This document shows, one piece after another, positions 1 through 12,589 of a DNA stretch of 21,231 nt. The translations under genes and the position numbers were made by a program. Position 1 is the stretch's first letter, and each line of letters opens with the position of its first letter. Source of the stretch: a virus (Duplodnaviria; Heunggongvirae; Uroviricota; Caudoviricetes). The notes beneath the pieces were generated by a model. The model did no database searches and was not told the origin of the DNA. It was given only the letters and a program-made list of their open reading frames with translations. Location: the IMG/VR virus record IMGVR_UViG_2698536518_000005. One strand, 5' to 3'.

Positions 1-461
1 AATCGCAACGGAGTGCGTATGAGCACCAATACCGACAGTATGTGCATGTGCGCCTGCGCTTGCAGCAGTGCCGGACAGCGAGTGGGTATGAGCACCATCT
101 GATGATGTCTTCCCTGCATTACGAGTCTGGCCACTACCGCTTGTTGTGCTCATAATCCCCGCGCTTAGATTTGAAATCGCGGTATAACCATTAGGGAAAA
201 TGCTCGTGTTCGTGCCACCAAATGCACCGGAACTCTTGTGTTGGTGCGCACCGGCACTATTTGCGGTCCCGCTAATACTATGGGTATGCGCCCCGGTGTT
301 ATTCGTGGATTTGGTTCCGTAATCAAACGACGATGTGGTTTTCGTCCCCAAATCCGTACTGGATGCGCTGGCGCTGTGGGTGTGCGATTTAATGCCGTCC
401 TGTTCCTGAGATAATACGGCCCGACCACTGGCGGGCTTGCCCTTAATCGTCCAGCCACGCA

Positions 462-462
<1 letters not shown>
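1..462 (-). CDS. stf: Side tail fibre protein (Stf-like), internal/C-terminal portion; frame runs off the window start
   Basis: Minus-strand frame is open from 462 to 1 and reads MRGWTIKGKPASGRAVLSQEQDGIKSHTHS...GAHTHSLSGTAASAGAHAHTVGIGAHTHSVAI, matching the internal region of lambda Stf as I recall it, with its HxH repeats. ATG at 460-462. Absent from the ORF track because it has no in-window stop. Confidence 0.7.
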
Positions 463-2686
<2,224 letters not shown>

Positions 2687-2706
<20 letters not shown>

Positions 2707-3020
2707 TCTCCCGCATATTGCCAGCATGGCTTTTAATGAGCCGCTGATGCTTGAACCCGCCTATGCGCGGGTTTTCTTTTGTGCGCTTGCAGGCCAGCTT
2801 GGGATCAGCCGCCTGACGGATGCGGTGTCCGGCGACAGCCTGACTGCCCAGGAGGCACTCGCGACGCTGGCATTATCCGGTGATGATGACGGACCACGAC
2901 AGGCCCGCAGTTATCAGGTCATGAACGGCATCGCCGTGCTGCCGGTGTCCGGCACGCTGGTCAGCCGGACGCGGGCGCTGCAGCCGTACTCGGGGATGAC
3001 CGGTTACAACGGCATTAGAC
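2687..3020 (+). pseudogene. C: Capsid assembly protease gpC, N-terminal ~110 codons only
   Basis: GTG at 2687 preceded by GAGGAGGAG. Translation VTAELRNLPHIASMAFNEPLMLEPAYARVFF...SGMTGYNGI matches the lambda gpC N-terminus, then diverges at ~3017 and hits a stop. Confidence 0.85.
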
Positions 3021-4499
3021 GGATGCCCCTTTAATGGGGATCACCCGGAACAGCCCATGTTTTTTCGAGCGTTCATACACAATGGTCGGGTCAATCCCGC
3101 CAGTATCCCAGCAGATACGGGATACCGACATTTCTGCACCATTCCGGCGGGTATAGGTTTTATTGATGGCCTCATCCACACGCAGCAGCGTCTGTTCATC
3201 GTCGTGGCGACCCATAATAATCTGCCGGTCAATCAGCCAGCTTTCCTCACCCGGCCCCCATCCCCATACGCGCATTTCGTAGCGGTCCAGCTGGGAGTCG
3301 ATACCGGCGGTCAGGTAAGCCACACGGTCAGGAACGGGCGCTGAATAATGCTCTTTCCGCTCCGCCATCACCTCAGCATCCGGACGTTCGCCGATTTTCG
3401 CTTCCCATGTCTCACCGAGCGTGGTGTTCACGAAGGTTTTACGTTTTCCCGTATCCCCTTTCGTCTTCATCCAGTCTTTGACAATCTGCACCCAGGTGGT
3501 GAACGGGCTGTACGCCGTCCAGATGTGAAAGGTCACACTGTCCGGCGGCTCAATCTCTTCACCGGATGACGAAAACCAGAGAATGCCATCACGGGTCCAG
3601 ATCCCGGTCTTTTCGCAGATATAACGGGCATCAGTAAAGTCCAGCTCCTGCTGGCGGATGACGCAGGCATTATGCTCGCAGAGATAAAACACGCTGGAGG
3701 GGTCATCCGGCGTCCATTTGAGGCCAAACGGCGTCTCTTTGTCGCCAAATTTAAGATACTGCTCCTCCCCGCAGTGCGGGCAGGCAACATGAAAACGCAT
3801 AAAATGCAGGGATTCACTGGCTGCACGCTCAATCTGGCAGGTGCCTCTCACTTTGGGCGTGGAGCCACGGATGGACTTTGGCCAGACCGAGCCTTCAATA
3901 CGTTTGTCGCCAAGGAACGTCGGAGAGCCTTCCTGTTCAATATCCTCATCAAAGGCAGCAAGTTCATCATAACCCGCCACATCCACCGACTTTTCACGGT
4001 AGTTTTTTGCCGCTTTACCGCCCAGGCACCAGAAGCCACGACCATTGGAAAAACGCTTCATAGTGAGCGTGTTATCCCGGTGCTTTTTGCCATACCACGG
4101 AGCCAGCGCCAGCAGCGACGGAATATCGCGGATGGTCGGCTCAACGTGGGTTTTCATAAAGTTCTCGGCATCACCATCCGTCGGCAACCAGATAAGGGTG
4201 TTGCGCTGCTTATGCTCTATAAAGTAGGCATAAACACCCAGCAGCATTTTGGAATAACCGACACGGGCAGACTTCACCACATTCACCTCACGGATGTAGT
4301 CGCTGCCCATCGCATTCATGATGGCCCGCTGAAAGGGCAGTGTTTCCCAGCGCCCTTCCTGGTATGCGGATTCTTTCGGGAGATAGTAATTAGCATCCGC
4401 CCATTCAACGGCGGTCTGTGGCTCCGGCCTGAACAGTGAGCGAAGCCCGGCGCGGACAAAATGCCGCAGCCTGTTAACCTGACTGTTCGATATATTCAC
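3015..4499 (-). pseudogene. A: Terminase large subunit gpA, N-terminal 494 residues, ended by a stop created at a rearrangement junction
   Basis: Translation MNISNSQVNRLRHFVRAGLRSLFRPE...RVIPIKGASV matches lambda gpA residues 1-494. Lambda continues YGKPV, which is found instead at 462 on the plus strand. Confidence 0.9.
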
Positions 4500-5019
4500 T
4501 CAGCAACCCCGGTATCAGTTCATCCAGCGCGGCTGCTTTGTTCATGGCTTTGATGATATCCCGTTTCAGGAAATCAACATGTCGGTTTTCCAGTTCCGGA
4601 AAACGCCGCTGCACCGACAGGGGGATCCCGTCGAGAATACTGGCAATTTCACCTGCGATCCGCGACAGCACGAAAGTACAGAATGCGGTTTCCACCACTT
4701 CAGCGGAGTCTCTGGCATTTTTCAGCTCCTGTGCGTCGGCCTGCGCACGCGTAAGTCGATGGCGTTCGTACTCAATAGTCCCTGGCTGGAGATCTGTCTC
4801 GCTGGCCTGCCGCAGTTCTTCAACTTCCCGGCGCAGCTTTTCGTTCTCAATTTCAGCATCCCTTTCGGCATACCATCTTATAACGGCGGCAGAGTCATAA
4901 AGCACCTCATTACCCTTGCCACCGCCTCGCAGAACGGGCATTCCCTGTTCCTGCCAGTTCTGAATGGTACGGATACTCGCACCGAAAATGTCAGCCAGCT
5001 GCTTTTTGTTGACTTCCAT
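4474..5019 (-). CDS. nu1: Terminase small subunit Nu1 (181 aa)
   Basis: Translation MEVNKKQLADIFGASIRTIQNWQEQGMPVLRGGGKGNEVLYD... matches lambda Nu1. Its stop overlaps the A start, as in lambda. Confidence 0.93.
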   Translation of the reverse strand: MEVNKKQLADIFGASIRTIQNWQEQGMPVLRGGGKGNEVLYDSAAVIRWYAERDAEIENEKLRREVEELRQASETDLQPGTIEYERHRLTRAQADAQELKNARDSAEVVETAFCTFVLSRIAGEIASILDGIPLSVQRRFPELENRHVDFLKRDIIKAMNKAAALDELIPGLLSEYIEQSG

Positions 5020-5029
5020 TGTTCATTCC

Positions 5030-5225
5030 ACGGCCAAAAACAGAGAAAGGAAACGACAGAGGCCCAAAAGCTCGTTTTCAGCACCTGTCGTTTCCTTTCT
5101 TTTCAGGGGGTATTTTAAATAAAAACATTAAGTTACGACGAAGAAGAACGGAAATGCCTTAAACCGGAAAATTTTCATAAATAGCGAAAACCCGCGAGGT
5201 CGCCGCCCCGTAACCTGTCGGATCG
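5030..5225 (-). other. cos: cos site: cosB between Nu1 and cosN; 12-nt cohesive end at 5197-5208
   Basis: Reverse complement of 5021-5208 reads GGGCGGCGACCTCGCGGGTTTTCGCTATTTATGAAAATTTTCCGGTTTAAGG..., near-identical to the lambda left end as recalled. Flanking 5209-5235 matches the lambda right end (CGTAACCTGTCGGATC...). Confidence 0.85.
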
Positions 5226-5407
5226 CCGGAAAGGACCCGCAAAATGATAATAATTATCATCTGCATGTCACAACGTGCATCTACGCCATCAAACCACGTC
5301 AAATAATCAATTATGACGCAGGTATCATATTAATTGATCTGCATCAACTTAACGTAAAAACAACTTCAGACAATACAAATCAGCGACACTGAATACGGGG
5401 CAACCTC

Positions 5408-5641
5408 ATGTCAACGAAGAACAGAACCCGCAGAACAACAACCCGCAACATCCGCTTTCCTAACCAAATGATTGAACAAATTAACATCGCTCTTGAGCAA
5501 AAAGGGTCCGGGAATTTCTCAGCCTGGGTCATTGAAGCCTGCCGCCGGAGACTGTGCTCAGAAAAAAGAGTTTCTTCTGAAGCAAACAAAGAAAAGAGTG
5601 ACATTACTGAATTGCTCAGAAAACAGGTCAGACCAGATTGA
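5408..5641 (+). CDS. ynfO: Small prophage protein of unknown function (77 aa), YnfO-like
   Basis: Complete ORF in the position expected for ynfO in Qin-type prophages. Basic N-terminus MSTKNRTRRTTTRN. Name assigned by synteny and recollection. Confidence 0.55.
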   Translation: MSTKNRTRRTTTRNIRFPNQMIEQINIALEQKGSGNFSAWVIEACRRRLCSEKRVSSEANKEKSDITELLRKQVRPD

Positions 5642-5698
5642 AGCAATTTAGATAATCGTGCAGACTACGCCCCCTCATATCATATGGAAGGTTTATCT

Positions 5699-6109
5699 AT
5701 GGATCAGGTAGTCATTTTTAAACAAATATTTGATAAAGTTCGAAACGATTTAAACTATCAATGGTTTTATTCTGAGCTAAAACGTCACAATGTCTCACAT
5801 TACATTTACTATTTAGCCACAGAGAATGTTCATATTGTATTAAAAAATGATAATACAGTGTTATTAAAGGGCCTAAAAAACATTGTGTCTGTCAAATTTT
5901 CAAAGGATAGGCATCTTATAGAAACGACCTCTAATAAGCTGAAATCCAGAGAGATCACATTTCAGGAATACAGAAGAAACCTTGCTAAAGCAGGAGTTTT
6001 TCGGTGGGTTACAAATATCCACGAACAAAAAAGATATTACTATACCTTTGATAATTCATTACTATTTACTGAAAGCATCCAGAAAACTACACAGATCTTA
6101 CCACGCTAA
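5699..6109 (+). CDS. ydfO: YdfO-family prophage protein (DUF1398-like), ~136 aa
   Basis: ORF 5684-6109. The second ATG at 5699 has GGAAGG 7-8 nt upstream; the first ATG has no RBS. Confidence 0.65.
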
Positions 6110-6260
6110 ACCATAACGTCCGGCTTCTCTCACTCCTGAGCCGGACTGCATTGGTTTAATAAAAACCATCAACAATTGTGATTTAGATATTCGGAACCAT
6201 TCAAATATAACAAAACCCCGTAAAAACGAGGTTTATGGATAAATTTTATTATTGAATACA

Positions 6261-6437
6261 TCAGATTAAATTAATCTTGACATCATAGCTTTCAAGACCC
6301 GTCATTTTTTCCCGTGCGGTAAACTGAATACTGGTAACTTCTTTCCCGGTCTTTTTCTTAAGTTCAATAATTTTTTTTGTTATATATTCAGAAATATCTG
6401 CTTCTGCTTTTGTTTTTAAGTTTTCAATATTCATCAT
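6261..6437 (-). CDS. gnsB: GnsA/GnsB-family small protein (57-58 aa)
   Basis: Hand translation of the minus strand gives MMNIENLKTKAEADISEYITKKIIELKKKTGKEVTSIQFTAREKMTGLESYDVKINLI, close to GnsA/GnsB. AGAGGA RBS upstream; tandem ATGs at 6437 and 6434. Too short for the ORF track. Confidence 0.75.
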   Translation of the reverse strand: MMNIENLKTKAEADISEYITKKIIELKKKTGKEVTSIQFTAREKMTGLESYDVKINLI

Positions 6438-6605
6438 TTCCTCTTTTAGTCTGTTATGACTTTCCAGTTACACAGTAAGTCGATTATATGGTGCAAACGT
6501 GTAAAAGATAAGATGAAACATCGCAATAATCAACATACGATAGTCTAAATTTTACACAAACAGACAAAGAGAATTTTCCTGAATTATCAATGCAATAGCA
6601 TCAAA

Positions 6606-6836
6606 TCAACTCAAGAGCCTTATTGCTGCTTCCAGAATTTCTTCTGAAGTAACATGTCGATCCGCGGCTACATAAATGACTTTATGATCTCCGGTCAGAG
6701 ATGGAAACCCTGCGGCCATTACAGTAAGGTGTGTTTTTTCGCCATTTGGATATTCACGCATGATGGTGTTAACTCCAGTCATCGCTGGCACTACCACTGC
6801 TGGTTCAGAGTTAAAAAAAACTATGATTTTTTTCAT
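6606..6836 (-). CDS. Small hypothetical protein (76 aa from MKKIIVFF...), possibly YnfN-like
   Basis: ORF 6606-6878. The start at the internal ATG (6834-6836) is preferred because a terminator hairpin sits at 6878-6900. Identity is uncertain. Confidence 0.45.
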   Translation of the reverse strand: MKKIIVFFNSEPAVVVPAMTGVNTIMREYPNGEKTHLTVMAAGFPSLTGDHKVIYVAADRHVTSEEILEAAIRLLS

Positions 6837-6877
6837 GATGTTACCGTAGTATGTGAGTATCCATCGAATAGACACCA

Positions 6878-6900
6878 AGCAAAAAAGCTCCCGAAGGAGC
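6878..6900 (-). terminator. Rho-independent terminator (GCTCC-CGAA-GGAGC hairpin with T-run on the minus strand)
   Basis: Stem 6887-6891 / 6896-6900. The minus strand reads GGCTCCTTCGGGAGCTTTTTTGC. Lies downstream of cspI. Confidence 0.5.
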
Positions 6901-7107
6901 CTTCATTTTCACTTTTTTAAATCCAACGACAGACGGCTGGCATTTAAGTATTGTGAAATATTATCAAATGTAATCATCATTGATTTACAAAAGATACATT
7001 TTGCCCCGAAAGGATTCATGTCAGAAACATCAAAAGATGATGTTCTATACTGGGAACCATGACAACACGGGCATCTAAAGTGAATATGGTTTGTAATATT
7101 GTCTACC

Positions 7108-7320
7108 TCAAAGCGCCACTACATGAACAGCGGCAGGACCTTTAGGTCCGTTCTCAATACCAAATTCAACTTCCTGATTCTCAGTTAATGTTTTGAAATC
7201 GTTGCTCTGAATTGCTGAGAAATGGACAAACACATCTTTGCTGCCATCTTTCGGCGTGATGAAACCAAAACCTTTTTCAGGGTTAAACCATTTCACTAAA
7301 CCAGTCATTTTGTTAGACAT
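7108..7320 (-). CDS. cspI: Cold-shock protein CspI (70 aa)
   Basis: Translation [70 protein letters not shown] carries the CspA-family RNP motifs. A ~160-nt untranslated leader lies upstream. Confidence 0.93.
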   Translation of the reverse strand: MSNKMTGLVKWFNPEKGFGFITPKDGSKDVFVHFSAIQSNDFKTLTENQEVEFGIENGPKGPAAVHVVAL

Positions 7321-7682
7321 AATTATTACCTTTTGAAGAAATTAGCCCTTGGGCAGAATGGTCCGAAAAAAAATATCAGAGAGAAAAACCAACAAGGAAA
7401 TCTCAAGAGGTACAAATAATAAAATTATAACAATGACTGCTTCAGATAAATTTGTAACAAACCAGAACACCATTAACGCATGATTAACCACCCATAGCAA
7501 GGATTACTTTTGTAAAGAAAAACACAGCAATGAAAGAATAGCTTTATTTATTAATAAAACGTGTCATTCTGATTAAGACCTTTTATCTTACCCTTAAGAT
7601 TTCAGGAATTTTGGCTCATGGAAGAGTCCTTTTTATTTAAATTTTACATTCCGCGATGTAAATGTTCCGATTTAATATTACC

Positions 7683-8706
<1,024 letters not shown>

Positions 8707-8710
<4 letters not shown>

Positions 8711-9018
8711 AGATATTTATGATGAGGACGCTCGTGCTTATTGGCAGGATTTTCAATCTTAAAGGAGTACTGATGCTGCAGATAAGACTCAACTTTTTCT
8801 GACAATTTTTCTGCTACTTCCAGGAAGACTTGCCGGACGCTCCTTCTGGCTGCTGCCTCATAAAACTCCAGCGCAGCTCCTTCAACACGGTCCATGGCGA
8901 CATCCAGGTCAAAAATTTCACCGTCAAAGCGTTCTTTGTCCTGTAAGGCTACAGTTACCGTAACTTTATTCTCAAAATTACGGACTCCTTTCACAACCAG
9001 TTCATAGTCTTGAGTCAT
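8707..9018 (-). CDS. ydfR: YdfR-family protein (DUF1327-like) within the lysis cassette
   Basis: Complete 103-aa ORF between holin and endolysin with overlapping stop/start, as in Qin-type prophages. Confidence 0.65.
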
Positions 9019-9022
9019 TGGA

Positions 9023-9238
9023 TTACTCTCCTCTCGCAGCCTTACGCCTGTCTTCTTTAATCTTGAAATAAAGATTTGTCAGATACGTCAGCAGGCCAAA
9101 AACCAGGCTACCCAGCACACCGATTGCAGCCCACTGTGACGGAGTTACTTTATCGAGTAACTGCAATGCCCAGAAACCAGCATTACCCGCCGATGTGCCA
9201 TAGGCAACACCTGTTGTTAACTTATCCATTGATTTCAT
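9023..9238 (-). CDS. essQ: Class II pinholin (S21-like, 71 aa) with dual start MKSM
   Basis: From the internal Met: [71 protein letters not shown]. Two transmembrane domains and the dual-start motif typical of phage 21 S. Confidence 0.85.
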   Translation of the reverse strand: MKSMDKLTTGVAYGTSAGNAGFWALQLLDKVTPSQWAAIGVLGSLVFGLLTYLTNLYFKIKEDRRKAARGE

Positions 9239-9457
9239 ATCCTCACCCCGATGTACACGGATGGTGCAATATGTTTGAAAAGATCGGAGTCTACGGGGTA
9301 GTTTTGACAGCACACGTTGTTCTCAACGGCGCTAAAAAAACATACACATTAAAAATGTGGGTAATTATTTTGAAAGAAAGTCATATATAAAATAATAATA
9401 CGAGAAATGTTTTCATATTTAGTGTACTGTATACGGCCATTTATACAGGAAAAGCCT

Positions 9458-9628
9458 ATGTCAGAACGTAAAAACTCAAAATCACGCCGTAATTATCTCG
9501 TTAAATGTTCCTGCCCAAACTGCACCCAAGAGTCAGAACACAGTTTTTCAAGAGTACAAAAAGGTGCCCTTTTGATCTGCCCTCATTGCAACAAAGTATT
9601 CCAGACAAATCTTAAAGCTGTAGCCTGA
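9458..9628 (+). CDS. ynfU: Small zinc-ribbon protein (56 aa; CxxC...CxxC), YnfU-like
   Basis: MSERKNSKSRRNYLVKCSCPNCTQESEHSFSRVQKGALLICPHCNKVFQTNLKAVA. AGGAAAAG RBS before the ATG at 9458. Name from recollection. Confidence 0.5.
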   Translation: MSERKNSKSRRNYLVKCSCPNCTQESEHSFSRVQKGALLICPHCNKVFQTNLKAVA

Positions 9629-9680
9629 TTGATTTTATTAGTAACAAGTATTTTTTATATTTTAATAATATATTTAAAGC

Positions 9681-9710
9681 AGATAATAAAAAACCCGCCT
9701 GAGCGGGTTT
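9681..9710 (-). terminator. Rho-independent terminator (AAACCCGC-CTGA-GCGGGTTT; strongest on the minus strand)
   Basis: Hairpin 9691-9710. The minus strand is followed by TTTTTTATTATC. The plus-strand side is weaker. Confidence 0.5.
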
Positions 9711-9991
9711 GAGATTGTGGTGCTTTTTGTGGGAGTCATCCACTTACGCACTTTGTTTTGCCATGCCAGCAGTTAGCTTCTGCTGTAAAACTATTCATGC
9801 AGCAAACCTGCACTTCACCACAATGGTTAGCATACTTTTCCTGATTAAGATTTTGCCAAATATGCTAGCCATTGTTTCATGTATTGGACCTCCTTACTTT
9901 TTATTAAAGAGATCCAATATTCACTACTCTGTCCGTATCTCTACTCAGGCATCAGCCTTCTTCGTTATCGTATACAGACGAGCGATGAATT

Positions 9992-10207
9992 TTAATCAGT
10001 AATGATGACATTTGCTGCTGCAGGACCTTTAGCACCACTCTCTATAGAGAAGGTAACCTTTTGACCTTCAAATAAGGTTCGATAATTATCATTCTGAATC
10101 GCAGAAAAATGCACAAACACATCTTTACTACCATCAACAGGAGAAATAAAGCCGAAACCTTTATCAGCGTTAAACCATTTTACTAAACCAGTCATTTTAT
10201 TTGACAT
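9992..10207 (-). CDS. cspB: Cold-shock protein CspB (71 aa)
   Basis: Translation [71 protein letters not shown]. Confidence 0.93.
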   Translation of the reverse strand: MSNKMTGLVKWFNADKGFGFISPVDGSKDVFVHFSAIQNDNYRTLFEGQKVTFSIESGAKGPAAANVIITD

Positions 10208-10507
10208 TCTACATTCCTTAACTTGAGCCTTTCGGCATAAATGGTTTGCATAACAGAAACGACTTCGTACTTAATTGGAGAGACTCAAAGAAGGAATAAG
10301 TGAATAACACCTGAAATGAGAACTGCTTTAGTAAACTACTTCGTATATCGTCTGTTCTTCAAACCGACGCAATCATTAACGCATAGTTGAACATATGAAG
10401 CAATGTTTATTTTAGACATCCAGCCATCTTCAACCCCATCAAAAAACTATAGCTTTCTTCAGGAACGTGTGTATAGTGCGCCAAGTTATCAGTATTAAGG
10501 AATTTTT

Positions 10508-10720
10508 TTGTCCCGTAAAATGACAGGAATTGTCAAAACCTTTGACGGCAAAAGCGGCAAGGGTCTTATCACCCCATCCGATGGTCGTATCGATGTCCAG
10601 CTTCATGTTTCAGCGCTCAATCTCCGCGATGCAGAAGAAATTACCACCGGATTACGCGTGGAATTTTGCCGGATAAATGGTCTGCGTGGCCCTTCAGCTG
10701 CCAATGTTTACCTTTCATGA
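10508..10720 (+). CDS. cspF: Cold-shock-like protein CspF (70 aa)
   Basis: Translation [41 protein letters not shown]...[10 protein letters not shown]. Divergent from cspB. Confidence 0.9.
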
Positions 10721-11010
10721 GCTATATTAAAGCTTTAATTTCAGGCCCCATCGGATCACACATGGAGAGTTTTTATGAATAACCCCGTCTGTCTTGATGA
10801 CTGGTTGATTGGCTTTAAAAGCTTATGCTGTACTTTGGCCGTAATAGCTCTGCTAATAATATAATAAGCAGACTCATTGTGTTTAGGGACATTGTACTGG
10901 AAGAAAACATTTTAAACATCAGGCAAATAACCAAGTCACCAGCTAAATAATAAGTTAACAGACATGAGTCCCGGGATGAGATTCAACATTACCATTGCCC
11001 CATTTAAAGC

Positions 11011-11048
11011 ACAAAACCCGCTCATCAGCGGGTTTTCTACTTTTTCTT
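11011..11048. terminator. Bidirectional rho-independent terminator (CCCGCT-CATC-AGCGGG with U-runs on both sides)
   Basis: Plus strand: hairpin then TTTTCTACTTTTTCTT. Minus strand: hairpin then TTTTGTGCTTT. Lies between convergent cspF and Q; candidate tR' for the late transcript. Confidence 0.6.
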
Positions 11049-11081
11049 AACGTCGGGTATACAAAGCCCATCGTTGAAAAA

Positions 11082-11110
11082 ATTTTATCCATATTTTTTG
11101 AAAAATGCAA
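11082..11110 (-). promoter_or_regulatory. Candidate late promoter pR' (-35 TTGCAT, 17-bp spacer, -10 TAAAAT on the minus strand), just downstream of Q
   Basis: Minus-strand hexamers at 11110-11105 and 11087-11082. Positioned like lambdoid pR' between Q and the downstream terminator. Not verified. Confidence 0.3.
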
Positions 11111-11141
11111 ACATCATGTCGCCATCTTCAGCAAAAATCAT

Positions 11142-11858
11142 TTATCTCGTCACCTTCCTCAATTGCGCTTCCGCGTATGCTTCTTCCTGCCAGCACTTTG
11201 TTACCAGTTTACCAATGACGTCCGCATACCCCTTATACCACTGATAATCGGTCAGGTCTGGTACCAGCTTCTGGACATGACGTCGTGCCAGCGTGGTCGG
11301 TAAACGACTAAACCGGTTTCCATTACAACGCCCACAAATCTTATATACCGGTACGCCATGAAACCGGGTTCTTTTTTCATCCAGAACAATCCCTTTACCC
11401 TTACACCCTCTGCACGCTGTGCTGGCTTCGCCCTTACCATGGCAATGCTGACATAGTTCCTTCACCCATTCTTCCTTGATTACAGATTCCCCGCGTCTGT
11501 AGTGTTTCACCACTTCGCGCAATACATTATAAAATCCCGTACCTGAACAATGCTCACAGCGAGCCTTACTTGCCGCAGACCTGGAGTAATCAGCAAAGGC
11601 AAAACTCACGAGGTAAGGAATAATCTGTAACCGGATTTCTTCACTCAATTTGTTCAATGTCGGGTTATCCAGTGCCATCGCGTAATTTAGCAGGCCTTCA
11701 ATCGCAAACTGAGGGTCCTGAACACCAACTTTTGCCAGAAATAAGGCCAACCCAAGTGGTGCTTTCGACTGCACCATCCCCTGCGCTGCCATTTCAACGC
11801 ACACAGCATAGAGGCCATCTTCACAAAAAATTTTACGCAGTTCTTCGATGTTCATCAT
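11142..11858 (-). CDS. quuQ: Late-gene antiterminator Q (238 aa) with four CxxC motifs
   Basis: CEHCSGTG / CQHCHGKG / CRGCKGKG / CGRCNG zinc motifs. Sits upstream of the lysis genes in the same orientation. Confidence 0.8.
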   Translation of the reverse strand: MMNIEELRKIFCEDGLYAVCVEMAAQGMVQSKAPLGLALFLAKVGVQDPQFAIEGLLNYAMALDNPTLNKLSEEIRLQIIPYLVSFAFADYSRSAASKARCEHCSGTGFYNVLREVVKHYRRGESVIKEEWVKELCQHCHGKGEASTACRGCKGKGIVLDEKRTRFHGVPVYKICGRCNGNRFSRLPTTLARRHVQKLVPDLTDYQWYKGYADVIGKLVTKCWQEEAYAEAQLRKVTR

Positions 11859-11971
11859 CAGAATCCTTCCGGATAATTAGCTCTCCCCTTTAAGGGACCA
11901 TCCCTCTTATCCCTGCGCGCTACTTAAGTATTTTTGATTCTATTCCGGCACCGTCCAGAACTTCAAACGCG

Positions 11972-12006
11972 TTGAAAATAAAAACAAAAACCCGCCGAAG
12001 CGGGTT
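11972..12006 (-). terminator. Rho-independent terminator downstream of hokD
   Basis: Hairpin CCCGC-CGAA-GCGGG at 11991-12004, followed on the minus strand by TTTTTGTTTTTATTTTC. Confidence 0.7.
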
Positions 12007-12074
12007 AAGTGCGGGTGCGTTGAGGATGCCTGCCACATCAGAGGTGGCGAGGGATTTCTCCCCCGCCGGGTCTC

Positions 12075-12230
12075 TTACTCCTCAGGTTCGTAAGCTGTGA
12101 AGACAGCGACCTCCGTCTGGCCGGTTCGGATTCGTACCTCGCAGAGGTCTTTCCTCGTTACCAGTGCCGTCACTATGACGGTTAAACAGATGACGATCAG
12201 GGCGATTAACATCGCCTTTTGCTGCTTCAT
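12075..12230 (-). CDS. hokD: Hok-family small toxin HokD/RelF (51 aa)
   Basis: Hand translation of the minus strand: MKQQKAMLIALIVICLTVIVTALVTRKDLCEVRIRTGQTEVAVFTAYEPEE. Too short for the ORF track. Confidence 0.9.
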   Translation of the reverse strand: MKQQKAMLIALIVICLTVIVTALVTRKDLCEVRIRTGQTEVAVFTAYEPEE

Positions 12231-12301
12231 AGCCTGCTTCTCCTGTCAACGCAAAGCAGAAGTGTCACCTTCGGTGCGAAACAGAGATGTCATGCTTTGG
12301 T

Positions 12302-12589
12302 TCAGAGAATGCGTTTGACCGCCTCGCTATATACTTCCGAGCGTTCTCTTTTCCCAACAGAAATCACGAAAACGACAACTTTCTCGTCTATAACCTGGTA
12401 TACAAGGCGATAGCCTGAAGACCGGAGCTTAATCTTGTAACAATCAGGCATACCACGGAGCTTGTTTGCTTCAATCCGGGGTGACTCAAGTACTTCAACC
12501 AGCTTCTTTTTCAACTGTTCACGTACCGTCGAGCCCAGCTTTCGCCATTCCTTTAGTGCCCGCTCGTCAAAATCCAGAAAATACGCCAT
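12302..12589 (-). CDS. relE: RelE mRNA-interferase toxin (95 aa)
   Basis: Translation MAYFLDFDERALKEWRKLGSTVREQLKKKLVEVLESPRIEANKLRGMPDCYKIKLRSSGYRLVYQVIDEKVVVFVISVGKRERSEVYSEAVKRIL. Confidence 0.95.
   Translation of the reverse strand: MAYFLDFDERALKEWRKLGSTVREQLKKKLVEVLESPRIEANKLRGMPDCYKIKLRSSGYRLVYQVIDEKVVVFVISVGKRERSEVYSEAVKRIL

Noticed and set aside
3672-5118. Plus-strand ORFs antisense to terminase A and Nu1 (3672-4439, 255 aa; 4579-5118, 179 aa)
   Set aside because: They lie wholly antisense within conserved lambda terminase genes; the translations are low-complexity with no RBS.
9709-10002. 97-aa plus-strand ORF between ynfU and cspB
   Set aside because: It starts inside a terminator hairpin, is Phe/Leu/Cys-rich with no RBS, and runs into the cspB 3' end on the opposite strand. 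It is probably a non-coding 3' region.
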